Assembly (NCBI GenBank): GCA_036630325.1
Contig: CP142733.1
Span: 310,001 to 374,000 of the forward strand
DNA from: Vairimorpha necatrix
Taxonomy: Eukaryota
Length of the DNA: 64,000 nucleotides
Direction: 5' to 3'
Part shown: positions 38,657 through 50,900 of the stretch, piece after piece
How positions within the stretch are numbered: position 1 is the first letter of the stretch
How the letters are laid out: the number at the start of each line of letters is the position of its first letter
Made by a program: the position numbers and the translations under genes
The notes under the pieces: generated by a model
What the model saw: the letters and a program-made list of their open reading frames with translations, nothing else
What the model was told of the DNA's origin: nothing
The model's database searches: none

Positions 38657-40416
38657 TGTCCCCGTTCGGAGCGGACGCAGGGGAAAATGCTTACTTGAGA
38701 AGGGTAAAAAAAAATCCGCCCGGAGCGGACGCTGGGAAAATGCTTACTTGAGAAGGGTAAAAAATAAAGTAAAAAAAATCGTTGGTTTTTCTTTGTAATT
38801 TGTATATAAAAATTATTTAATTTTAAGGGCATGAAAATAAAATTGGATAACAATGAAAGACAAGAAGTTTTTGTCTTTTTACAGACTGGTATCGTTCCAA
38901 CAAGGTTGGTTGAAAGACAAGCAAGAGGCGCTTTTAGGAAAAAAGCAAAAAAATTTATCCTTTTTGAGGATGTAATTGATGGTATCACAGAGCTCACGGT
39001 GAGATTTAAAGTAGGTCTATATAGATCGTTAAGATTCTTTACCACCAACGAGCAACGTTTTAAAATTGATCCACGTCTTAAATGGGCATGCGGGAAAGAT
39101 TGTTTCCATTATTGCAAACAAAAGTCTACGACGCAACTAAAAACGATATCCAGAGAGTTTTGAATAGCTGTGGAATATGTCAATCAAAGAGAAATCTAGT
39201 AACTAGACCAGTTATTAGAATAATTTTATCAAAATATCCAAGGGAAAGATATGTTGCAGACTTGATTGATCTCCGTCTATATCACGAACTCAATGAAGGA
39301 TATAAATGGTTATTAAATGTTGTAGATTCTTTTACCAAATTTTGTTGGACGGTACCACTATATGTCAAATCAAGTATTAGTGAAGGGAATGCTTTTGAAA
39401 CATTGTTTAGGACGTTTAACCCTTGTTTTATACTTCATACTCATAACGGTAGAGAATTTGTAAATCAAGTACTCGACGATTTATGTCAGAAATATGAAAT
39501 AAGACACGTAAGGGGGAGAGCTAGATGTTCATGGATACAAGGACAGAAAGAACGATGCAATCAAATAATAAAGTGGATGATTGCATCTACTCTCAGGACA
39601 AAGAATACTTTAGGGCAATGGACCAAGGTAAGAGAAGAAGTTACCTGGTCATATAATAATTTAAGACACTCTACTACGAGACAAACACCATTCTCTTTAA
39701 TGTTTGGTAGACCCATTAGGGACATAATGGACGAATCAGAATCATGGGCATTCTAGATTCGATTAATAGCGAAAATCATGAACAAGAGTTTAAGGACGAA
39801 GAACGCGCTGAAGAAAGTTTATCAGATGTTCTAGATGGCAATACCAATGAAGAAATACAGTAACTCTATGCTCTTAATAATACAAACCTTTTTTTAAATA
39901 AAATTTATCATGATGCAGCTAGAATTCATACACAAACTGCTGCAGATAGAATGGTACAAAGAAGTATGTGAAGAAATGATTTCTTAAAATTTAAAATAGG
40001 AGATAGAGTTCTTATAAGACCTTATCTGGACAACAATGTCAATACCAGAAGACATTCGCTTTATGAACATTTAGATGCAGAAATCTATGTTGCAACCGAC
40101 ATATACAATTTAATAAAGTGAAATTATGCAGAGAAGATGATAATAGAATTATTATAGATGAAATGAGTACAAGGGATCTTAGGTTTCTTGGAAATGAATA
40201 AAGTACTAAAAATATTGTTTATTTTATTTTTCTCCTTTTTTCATTATTCCCTCCCATAATTTTAAAAATAAAACAAAAATATACCCCTCAAAAAATTGAG
40301 AAAAAATTTGGGTGGTCATTAAAATCGAACATTTATTTGTTCTTATTTTCTGGTTCGACCATCATTGAGAGATTTTTTTTAATTTTTAGCCCTTGCGTCC
40401 GCTCCGGACCGTGACA
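38657..40416 (+). mobile_element. Second Ginger-type integrase transposon family, pseudogene (ATG 38831 to ~40200)
   Basis: TIR TGTC(C/A)CG(T/G)..CGGAGCGGACGCA. Motifs VADLID, HTHNGREF (catalytic D apparently lost), QGQKER. Flanking 4-mers differ. Confidence 0.88.
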
Positions 40417-40491
40417 ATTATTATTTTTTTTTCGTTTCTCTATAAGGGGACACTTAGAGAGAAAAAAAGTCCGGGCTCGGGCCGTTGCGCC
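40417..40491. mobile_element. Merlin terminal remnant (family of 15276)
   Basis: Reverse complement matches 15276-15350. Confidence 0.7.
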
Positions 40492-40991
40492 GAAAATGCA
40501 TATAAATACACATTATTGTTATATAAGTGAAACTTGAGTATCTTTTTTTGTTTTTAAAGCATTTATGAAATTTGCCATTTTCCATCTCATTCTTGTATAT
40601 ATAAATAGAGATACAATAAAAAGACAAATCTTGAAAAATATGAAAAAATTAAGAACAGCCGAAAATGCATATAAATACACATTATTGTTATATAAGTGAC
40701 ACTTGAGTATCTTTATTTGTTTTTAAAGCATTTATGAAATTTGCCATTTTTCCTTCTCTTTTTTGTATATATATATAAGAAGACAAATCTTGAAAAATAT
40801 GAAAAAATTAAGAACGGCTGAAAATGCATATTAATACACATTATTGTTATATAAGCGACACTTGAGTATCTTTATTTGTTCTTAAAGCATTTATGAAATT
40901 TGCCATTTTCCTTCTCTTTTTTGTATATATATATAAGAAGACAAATCTTGAAAAATATGAAAAAATTAAGAACAGCTGAAAATGCATATAA
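40492..40991. repeat. Tandem repeat, three units of 169, 159 and 158 bp plus a partial unit
   Basis: Units start GAAAATGCATA at 40492, 40661, 40820 and 40978. Confidence 0.92.
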
Positions 40992-43848
40992 TTGTACGGT
41001 CTTATGTGATAACAAAAAATCTGTGTATATATATATGCGTACTTATTGGTTTATATGATTTATTTTTTCTTTAAGTAAATCAAAGTATGTCTTTATTATG
41101 AAGATTTTAAAACAGAATGATTCTAAAAGTTTCTAGTGTAATCGTGGGCGTTTTACGATTTAACATTCTAACATAAGAATAAAATTAATAAATGTATACT
41201 AATTAATAAAATTTTTTATTATATTGATTAAATATTTTAAAAACTCTCAGAAACATTTTATACATTAATTACAATTACATCTAAATATATATATACTAGT
41301 CACAATTACCAGCAATATTTCTAATTTTTTTGGCTTTGGAAAGTATCTTTGTATGTTTGTACATGAGAGAGATAATGAACACGAAAAAGGGGAAATTGAC
41401 ATCTCATAAAACCTATTAAAATAACACATGTAGTATATGTAAGTAGAAGTTGAAGTTTTTTATTCTAATTAAAACCTTTATTACATACATGTTTAAATTT
41501 TTCTAAAGGGTATCTATCTGCATATATATATAAAAGTACAAAATAAAAAACGAAAAAATCAAGAAAAATATACATAAATATTAGTGCAGTGAAATTAATT
41601 GTATTGAAATAATAGAAATTTTTTTAATGGTAATAAATAATATATAAGTATTTTTATGTATTTAAAACATTCAATTATATAATTATTGCCGTATCAACAC
41701 ATAGAATAAATAGATTTTGAATTAAACAAATCAGAATATAATTTGTGTATAAATCAATAACAAAGATTTTTTGAATTTTTAGATGAATTCTTACTATTGA
41801 AATACATCGAGGTACATTAGAAAGAATATAATTGTGGATAAAAAACAACCAATACCCCATTGGAAAATAATACTGTATAAAAATACAACTTTTAATATAA
41901 TATAAAACGAAATTTAAATATCATGAAGATTTTATATTTTATTCATCTAATACGAGAGAGCGATTATATAAATGCATCGAAAATAAACACAATTTCTATT
42001 AAGAATAATAGCAAAATCTCATAAGTACATATGTATGAATTTAACATTCAAATTATCTAAAAATTATATTTTTCATACTTAATGTAGATATTATCGTAGC
42101 CAATCAAATACTGATCAATCATATTCTCACAAATTGGCAGATTTAATTGGCTACAAAAAGTTTTTAAAAAAATTTCCAAGAGAGGGCATGGAAAATAAGA
42201 ATCAAGAAATTGACATATTTCAAATAAATAACATCTTACAAAATCAAGATACTTATATTATATAATTATATATAATTTTTTGCATAATTTAATAAGAATT
42301 TCTAAAAAAATAAGTTTGAATAAGAATTGTCATAAATATAAAAATTATGTTATGTCGAAATAACATCCAGATGATCACGCTACAAAGCATTTGTCTGGAC
42401 TAGTGAAGGAGAGGATACGGAGCTGATGTGGAAAGGTATATGGAGATGAGAAGCAATCTACAAGCAGGAGACGCTAACGCGGAACCTATCCTTGTTAAAC
42501 TATAAATATAAATTAAAATAAGCATACCCTAATTTGATTCATTTATTTTTATGTCAAATAACTATATTCCAACGATATCTTATGGTAGTATAACATAGAG
42601 TTCGCGACCCAATATAGGATTATAAAATTAGTTATAACATCTTGATCTTAAGATATCTCACGATTTTACGAAATCAAAATTACTTTTAATAAAGAATAGT
42701 TCTAGAAAAACTTACTTTTAATATATGATAATATTGGCAAACCTGTTCATGAGATGATTAGACCACCTTCAATTAAAACGAAATATATGTATATATATAT
42801 ATCTGATTGTTATGTTAGTATCTTTCTATTAGAGAAAATATTTTATATCTGATCGTATAATATATACTCGTTAAATCAGTAGTTGTTCAAAAAAAGTAAA
42901 AAAGGACTCAACATTTTAAACTAATATTTTTTGTATATCTTTTGTATAGAAACCTCATTAATAACAATTTTAATATATATATAATACTTTTTTGTTTAAT
43001 ATTTTGTTTTCGATATTTCTAAAATTTTATCCTTATAAATCTGTTTTAAACTAAAAGCAAATTGAGAATTAGGGATATTAAAAATACATCCTAATTAAAA
43101 TTATTCATTGTTTATAATATAGTGTTATAACACTAAATATGATAACGTTTTGAATTTTACCATTTATTTATATCAGTATATGGAGGGACACAAAAAATTT
43201 TAGCATTCTAAAAGTTTTCATAAATTATCTATTTAAATTCTCATAATCATAAATAATAAAACTAAAAAAATCATCAACATATTCTTGTTTACATATATCA
43301 CACAATTCAATGTTTAGTTACACAATTTATCAGACTGATGCTCTATGAATAATATTAGTAAGTGGGATTATTTAAATACTCTAAATGTATAAAATTGCAC
43401 CTTTATTCTAAATAAAACTGTTTCCAAATAATCTAATATTCATAAATTGATCTTAATTCTATGATTCCTTTTAATAATTGATACATTTATTAAGATAATG
43501 GTAAACTTATATCTATAGAAGTTCTCGCAACCAAAAAAATCACAATGATTATGTAATAATCATACTTATTTTTGATTGGGCAATAATTAGGTATAAATGC
43601 GATCATATAAATCATTATTTTCTACGGACTAGAAATATATGACCGAAGAAACCTTATGTTTATCAATCAATAGATTATATAACTAAATTTGGTCAAAGCT
43701 AATGTAGCGGAAGAGCTTCTATTATAATTATAGTAAAAAGTTGCAATTACAATTCTTGTGGCAGCCCGCGTTTTTCACTGTTAATGTAATTTTTTTTACT
43801 TTATGTTTATATTCTTTTTTATCAGCTAATGATTATTATACAATTTCA

Positions 43849-44878
43849 GGCTAAAGTGAGCTTTAGGTAACAAAAATCGATATAGGGGTTTTTTGTTTTT
43901 TTTTGCCCCTTTTTTTCAAAAATGGAGGAAAGAAAATTTGAAGAAAGTAACAAAAATAAAAATTAGAACAATAAATTTAATAATGCCATAAAAACAGAAT
44001 TAGTGGAATTTCTTTGAAGCATGTACCTAAATAAATAAAGTTTAGCACTATTTGCCGACCTATTTCTATTAAGTATAGAATTTTTGAGGGAACGCCAATT
44101 ACCTTCGATGGTATTGGTATGAACCCCAGTACTATGATCTCGAAAGTGTAATGAGCGGTTAACCATGTGGTGTTCATTGAATATTGTATTCAAAGAATGG
44201 TAAGCCCTCCACATATCACTATATATAGTACTTTTTACTTACAAATTTCAATAAAAGAGCTGTTAACGTTTCTTTATCTCTTTTTTTAATATATATATAT
44301 ATATATATAAGTATAATTTTGCGTTCTGGAGAACGTTCTATCATACCAAAACACCAAAATCCTTTACTAATTTACCTCTATGATGTTTGTTTTTGCCAAT
44401 TTTAGTTTCATCTATTTCTACTATCACTTCTTCTCAGCCTATCTTGTTCAAAGATGATAAATATTTATCATAAATGTTTATTTCTTTTAATTTTGTTAAA
44501 ATGAAGGATATAGAACGTTTAGAACAACCTAAAATTTGACAAATATTCTTACGAGGATAGCTAAGAATCCACAAATTAAGTACCTGTAAAATTATGATAT
44601 GATCGAGTCTACTGTTTTCAAAGAAAGTGTCTTTCCATATAGATACTGTCTTCTTACAGTCCTTCCAAGTACATTTAATAAGGTAATCCCGCTTACTAAC
44701 CAATCTCATCCTACCATAACACACAGTACATATTTGGTTCTTTTTTTTATTAAACAAATTATTATATATAGTTTCGATTTCTTCTCTTGTCAGATTTCTT
44801 TCTTCCATTTTTGAAAAAAGGGGCAAAAAAACAAAAAACCCCTATATCGATTTTTGTTACCTAAAGCCCACTTTAGCC
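43849..44878 (-). mobile_element. Merlin transposon, frameshifted (TA microsatellite inside the gene)
   Basis: TIR GGCTAAAGTG(A/G)GCTTTAGGTAACAAAAATCGATATAGGGG. TSD CAATTTCA. Motif GVHTNTIEGNW. Confidence 0.93.
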
Positions 44879-45675
44879 CAATTTCATACTTCGGAAATTT
44901 ATGTATACATCTGTATTCCAACTTCCCAACTTCTCGCGACACGTGGGATGCGCAAGCGCTATAAGGTCTTGTCCATTGAAGTTGGTATAACTAACGGTAC
45001 TCAAAATTCTGAAGTATATAATTCGTATAATAATCATTTGCTGATAAAAAAGATCATGAGCATAAAATATAAAGATTATTACACTAGCAGAAAAAAATTG
45101 ACTGTCTTGGATTAGATATTGTATAATACTCTATTTTTAAAAATACTATATATTCCATAAATCTTTATTGTCATTCCAAACTAATCTTATCTCTTTTATG
45201 CACCAATCCAATCTTTGATTTCTCATTGCCCATAAACAAAAAAATTTTATTTTTTATTTTAGGAGGGAAATTTAAAATAAACAAAAATTGAAAAGAGCGT
45301 AGATTTTGAATTTAAAGGATTTTATAGCAAAAATACAACAAATTTTTGTCATAAATTAGTTAAAAAATATACAACCAAAAACTAAACAAAAACGTTAATT
45401 AATCTTTATTCAATGATCTTTATTTAAAATTTATCACTTATTTTTCATTGTCTACAGAGTAACAACTCAATTAAAAAGATGACCAGATGGTTTTTTTTTT
45501 AAATAAAATACGGCCTTTAAATTTTTTAAATTCTCTGGCATTTTTGAAGAAATTCAAAATTTAATTAAATTTTTACTAAAAATCAATCGTAATGTCAAAT
45601 AAAATATTTTTTCCAAAATAATAGTTACAGTTGTAAAATTTTATAAGTTTAGGAATTCATTATTTCTAAACTATA

Positions 45676-46688
45676 GGCTAAAGTCAGCTTTAACGGAAAA
45701 AATTCGATATAGGGTTTTTTGCCCCTTTTTTAAAAAAATGGAGGAGAGAAAATGTTGAGGAAGAACAAAAATAACAAATAAAATAAATATTTTAATAATG
45801 CGTGAAAACCCGGGGTAGAAGAGTTCCTTTGTAGCATATACCTAAATAAATAAAGTTCCGCACCACGAACAGATCTGTTTCTATTTGGAATAGAATTTTT
45901 TGAAGAGCGCCAATTACCTTCTATGGTATTGGTATGAACTCCGGTTATTGGGTCTCTGAAGTGTAGAGAATGATTTACCATCAGATGTTGGTTAAATATT
46001 AAGCCCAAATTACGGTAGGCTCTCCACATATCGCTATAAATTGTACTATTTCTTTCTACATACTTTAACAAAAGATTAGTTGGCGTTATTTGGTCTCTTT
46101 TTTCAATATAAATAAATATAATTCTGCGTTGTATGGTACGTTCGACCATACCAAAACACCAGAAACCTTTTACTGGTTTGCTGCTACTATATTTATTTTT
46201 ACCAATCTTAGATTCATCAAATTCTACAATAGTATTATTACCACCTATAATTCCGATACTGGCCAGATATGTCTCATAAATATTAATTTCTTTTAGCTTT
46301 TTTAGTATATTAGATATTGATTGCTGAGAACAACCTAGGATTTGACAGATAGACTTACGAGAATATCCAAGAATCCACATATTAAGTATCTGCAATACTA
46401 TAATATGGTCTAGTCTAGAATGCTGAAAGAAAGTATCTTTCCATACAGAAACATTAAATTTGCATTTAGTCCATTTACATCGCAGGATCATGCTTTTTTT
46501 GTCCTTTATTTTCATTTCTGATCCACAAGATTCACATTTGCGTTTCGCTTTTTCTATTTTCAATTCATAATATATATTTTCAAGTTCTTCTCTTGTTTGA
46601 ATTCTCTCCTCCATTTTTTTAAAAAAGGGGCAAAAAAATCAAAAAAAAACCCTATATCGAAATTTATCCGTTAAAGCTGACTTTAGCC
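45676..46688 (-). mobile_element. Merlin transposon with open transposase ORF
   Basis: TIR GGCTAAAGTCAGCTTTAACGGA. 8-bp TSD AAACTATA. Confidence 0.95.
45730..46614 (-). CDS. Merlin/ISXO2-like DDE transposase, 294 aa
   Basis: Motifs CESC...CKWTKC, VEFDESK, YSDMWRAY, VNHS, TNTIEGNW. Confidence 0.9.
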   Translation of the reverse strand: MEERIQTREELENIYYELKIEKAKRKCESCGSEMKIKDKKSMILRCKWTKCKFNVSVWKDTFFQHSRLDHIIVLQILNMWILGYSRKSICQILGCSQQSISNILKKLKEINIYETYLASIGIIGGNNTIVEFDESKIGKNKYSSSKPVKGFWCFGMVERTIQRRIIFIYIEKRDQITPTNLLLKYVERNSTIYSDMWRAYRNLGLIFNQHLMVNHSLHFRDPITGVHTNTIEGNWRSSKNSIPNRNRSVRGAELYLFRYMLQRNSSTPGFHALLKYLFYLLFLFFLNIFSPPFF

Positions 46689-47069
46689 AAACTATATTAT
46701 TATTGTATACATATATATATATATATATTAATATTTTAAGATCTTATTTGCATTCTGCAGAAATCTAAACATTTCTGGAAGCATACATTCAGTCTAATGT
46801 GATGAAGAAAACTCCAGAGTCCATTTCTTTGGAACGACGAACAAGATACGATAAAGATTATGCAGAAGAAGAAGTAACTAGAGCTGTAAGCGCACTAGCG
46901 AATATGGCGACTGTTAAAGAAGTGGTGTCAGCAAAGGAGAATGAAGCTTAAAATTTGGAGTTGAAAAACATAAATAATTCCACAGAAACCAAAGTCTATG
47001 AAGAGCCGAATCTAGTGGGCAATACCGAGGGAAACTGTGCTAAGTTAACTTTAATGATAAATTAACTCA

Positions 47070-47237
47070 ATATATCTTTTATATGTTGTCAACACTAAAC
47101 ACAAACATTGCCGTACTTACGAATGTAGTAACGACCATGCAACTTTCGTTTGATTGTGTGACCCAACTTGACATGTTATCCGAAACGGTTGACATATTTT
47201 TGACATCTGTACATGTGTTGTAGTAATGTACATCACA
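47070..47237. mobile_element. Partial solo LTR, ~350-bp family (copy 4)
   Basis: TGTCAACACTAAAC...TACATCACA matches the other copies. Confidence 0.78.
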
Positions 47238-47837
47238 GTATCTAAGAAAAACAAAATCTCAATAAAAAATATTAGTTAAATCACATAAATATGTTTTTAT
47301 TATTTTGTAGTTTGAATTTTTAAAAGAATGTAGCTCATATATAGTTGTAGCAGATCAAATACATATTAATCATATTCTTACAAATGACAGTTTTTACTTG
47401 TTGAAAAAATTATTTAAAAAAATTTACTTTAGAGGGTATGGAAAATAAGAATAACAAAATTGCCAGATATAATAGAGAGATTGAAATAAGAAGCCATTAA
47501 ATCTTAAAATATGCGTAACATATGAAAGTATTTTGTATATATAATATAGGATATATACTCGTTTTGCCGTGTAAAATATATTTTATTTTTTTAGTTTACT
47601 AAGTATATATATATTAGAAAGGTATATTCGGATCAAAGAAAATCTTATATAATTTTATTGTATATAAGAAAGCATAAAACTAACATTGTAAATTGTTCTA
47701 TTATTTGATTCATTCAGATTAATGATCTTTTAATCTGACTAATATGAAATGTTTTTTTATGCATAGAAAGAAAACAAAAATAAAAGAAAGTTGAACTATG
47801 ATTTGTTTTCTCAAAGGATAACCAAAAATTAAAATAA

Positions 47838-47905
47838 GTGTGCTTGGCAGAATAGTTGCACCTTGATTTGGGACATCGAAGGTCCAAAGTTCGTTTCTAG
47901 TGGGA
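47838..47905 (+). other. tRNA-like relic (Pro-TGG-like) or SINE head
   Basis: TGGCAGAATAG, then TTTGGGAC, then GGTCCAAAGTTCGTTTC. Acceptor stem not evident. Confidence 0.4.
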
Positions 47906-47971
47906 ATAAATTTAAATTTATTCTAAGTTAAAGATATCTACTTGCAGACATTCAGACGTCACTAAATATAA

Positions 47972-50900
47972 TGTCACAGTCCGGAGCGGACGCACGTCCG
48001 CAACGGACGCAAGGGGTAAAAAATCAAAAAAAATCTCTCAATGAGGGGCGAACCAGAAAATAAGAACAAATAAATGTTTGATTTTAGTGACTGCCCAATT
48101 TTTTTCTCGATTTTTTAGGGGTATATTTTTGTTTTATTTTTATAATAATGGGAGGGAATAATGAAAAAAGGAGAAAAATAAAATAAACAAAATTTTGAGT
48201 ACCTTATTCATTTCCATGCAACCTGAGTGTTACCGGCTGTGTTGCACACGCCAATAATCAGACTGAAACTGAAAGATGAAACAAATGATAATGATCTGAA
48301 ACATACTTGTTTCAGATCCGAAACTAAAACTATTTAAGAAATCTTAAATAGAAAAAACATGCCAAATAAATATAGTTCTTCTTCTAATAAAAAGCCTTCT
48401 TCAATAACCAGCTCTCCTTCTGGTAACACTGGCGACAACTATTCGAAATCCAACGAATTGGATCACCTGCTAGATAAGTTAGGAATATCAACTAACACGA
48501 TGGTGAAATCAACGGGACCCAATGCGAGAATGCATGGGTTTGGATTAACCAATTCAAATATCTCGAGGGAGAATGGAGTGACAATAAACTATTGAACTAT
48601 ACGAAGAGATACCTGGGGGATATAGCGCTCCAATGGTATGAGGCTATGGTTATAGACGAGGTGGAAGCATACACGGAATTTAAACAAATTTTCCTAAGAA
48701 AGTATGGAAAAGAAGAGTTCCAGGAAGAAATTGACTATACTAGAATGCTTTACAAGAAACTTTACTCTGGACCTCAATCTAGGAAGATTGAAAACTTCAT
48801 TTACGACCTGGTAAAGCTAAACAAGAAAGCTAAGGTCAGCATGACTGGAATCACTGAGGAATTGGCGAAATATTTCCCACCATCACTGAAAGAAAAGGTG
48901 GAAGAGGCAACGTCATGGGACGTTGTACTGGAGATTTACGAGAAAAATAGTAAGTTCATTGAGAGTTCAAGGCAGAGACCCGAACAGGGTAGGCCAAGAG
49001 AAGCGAAGACTTCGAGGCCAGATACCACAAGGACTAAAGAGAGTCCAAAAAGCTAGTATGCTATAAGTGCGGAGGTGAGCACTTATTTAAGGACTGTAAT
49101 AAACACTAAGGAAAGAAAGTGTTATTAGTTGAAACAGATCCTGTGTCAAAGTACACAAATTACACTACGGTCGAAGGATATTTTAATGGCGACGTAGTCA
49201 GAATGCTTTTCGATTCAGGTGCCTCTAGCTCTTTTATTGATGAAGACCTGGTTAGCAGAGAGGAATTAAGGAAAGGGAAAGGAGTCACACTCAGAACTGC
49301 AATTTCTAGCACTGTAGTAAACGATTCATTGGAAGCGAAAATCAAACTTGGTGGAGAACGATTCAAAACGACATTGCTTGTTGTGCCAAACCTTAACGAA
49401 AACATTATACTCGGGCGCGACTTTATGATGAAGCACGGAGTCAAAATAGATCATGAGAATCAGACAATCAGGTTAAATAATAAAATTATTAACTCCTATA
49501 TTTTGTTAAGCACGAGGCGGCCTAGACTTCTAATTGTTGTTGCGAACTTTAAAGTGACGCAAGCCTCGATTACTAGACTCATAGACCGTTATAAGACACG
49601 GGTATCTAAGCACAAGGGAACAAGTTCAACAGTGGAACATGAGATTCAACTAACGGTCCCTAAAGTTATATGTAAACGAAATTACCCTTTGAGTCTAGAC
49701 AAAAGGAAATTCATACAGGAAGAAGTCGAGAGACTATTAGACGAAGGAATAATCGAGGAAAGCACGAGTACATGGAATGCCCCCACGGTAGTAGTACCGA
49801 AAAGGAATGGTGGTATGCGACTGTGCATAGACTTCAGGGAGTTAAACGAGATCACTGTGAAGGAAGTATGTCAACCCCCGTTGATTGAAGAATGTTTAAC
49901 GCACTTGAGCGGCGCGAGAATATACTCCCAGCTAGATCTGGAAAAGGGATATTAAATACCCGCGAAAAATGAATCAAAGAAACTCACTGCGTTCATGACA
50001 CCATCTGGGAAGTTTCAATTTCGAAGAATGCCCTTTGGTCTGACAAATGCGCCAGCGACGTTCCAAAGCTTAATGTATAAAATATTTAGGAAACAACTAA
50101 ATAGAACCACCGTAGTCTACTTAGACGATATCTTCGTGTACTCAAAAACAAGGGCAGAACACGAGGTTCACCTTAAAGAAGTCTTTGATATCTTAGCTGA
50201 AAACAACCTACAAATAAATTTCAAAAAAAGTAAGTTTATGATGGATACAATCGACATCCTTGGATATACGATAGTCTCTGGATCAGTGACGCCTGATAAA
50301 TCAAGAATGGGTCCGCTAGAAACAGCTCTTGAGTTAAAAAATATTAGACAACTACAATAAGCTATCGGACTCTTGGGATTCTATCGTATGTTCATAAGAA
50401 ACTTCAGTGAAAAAGCCCTAGATATACACCGGGCTATAAACGAGAAAGGCCCCATCACAACGAAGGTAAGAGAAGCCGTAGATTCTCTTAGATTAGAACT
50501 GATAAACAGTCCATGGCTGGCACTTCCCGACATGAAACGACCATTTATTATCGAAGCAGACGCTTCGGACTCGTGTATCGGGGGAGCTCTCAAACAGGTA
50601 CAGGCGGGCAAAAAAGTAACAATACGCTGTGCGAGTAGAGTTCTGAATAAGCATGAACGTAATTATACGACTTTAGAAAAGGAAACTTTAGCTATAATTT
50701 TCTCAGTTAAAAGCTTTAAAATGTACTTACACGATGAATTTACAATTAAGAGCGACCATAAGCCTCTCATGTGGCTGTATAAAGTGAAAAATCCACAAGG
50801 AAGAATAGCTCGGTGGTTGATGTTCCTAAGCGACTTACGCTTCAAGATAGAGTACAAGGAAGGGAAGTCACATATCCTACCAGATTGCCTATCTAGAGTA

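Noticed and set aside
42348-42639. Possible additional solo LTR starting TGTTAT..ATAACA (similar candidates near 24600-24832 and 28770-29096)
   Set aside because: No TSD and no second copy in the window.
49050-49125. Programmed gag-pol frameshift or readthrough
   Set aside because: The Zn-knuckle frame is continuous with pol apart from a TAA where the paralog has GAA. The two copies have different lesions here, which indicates decay.
50340-50375. Alternative genetic code explaining in-frame stops
   Set aside because: Stops align to Ser, Glu or Trp codons in paralogs (for example TAA versus TCA) and co-occur with frameshifts.
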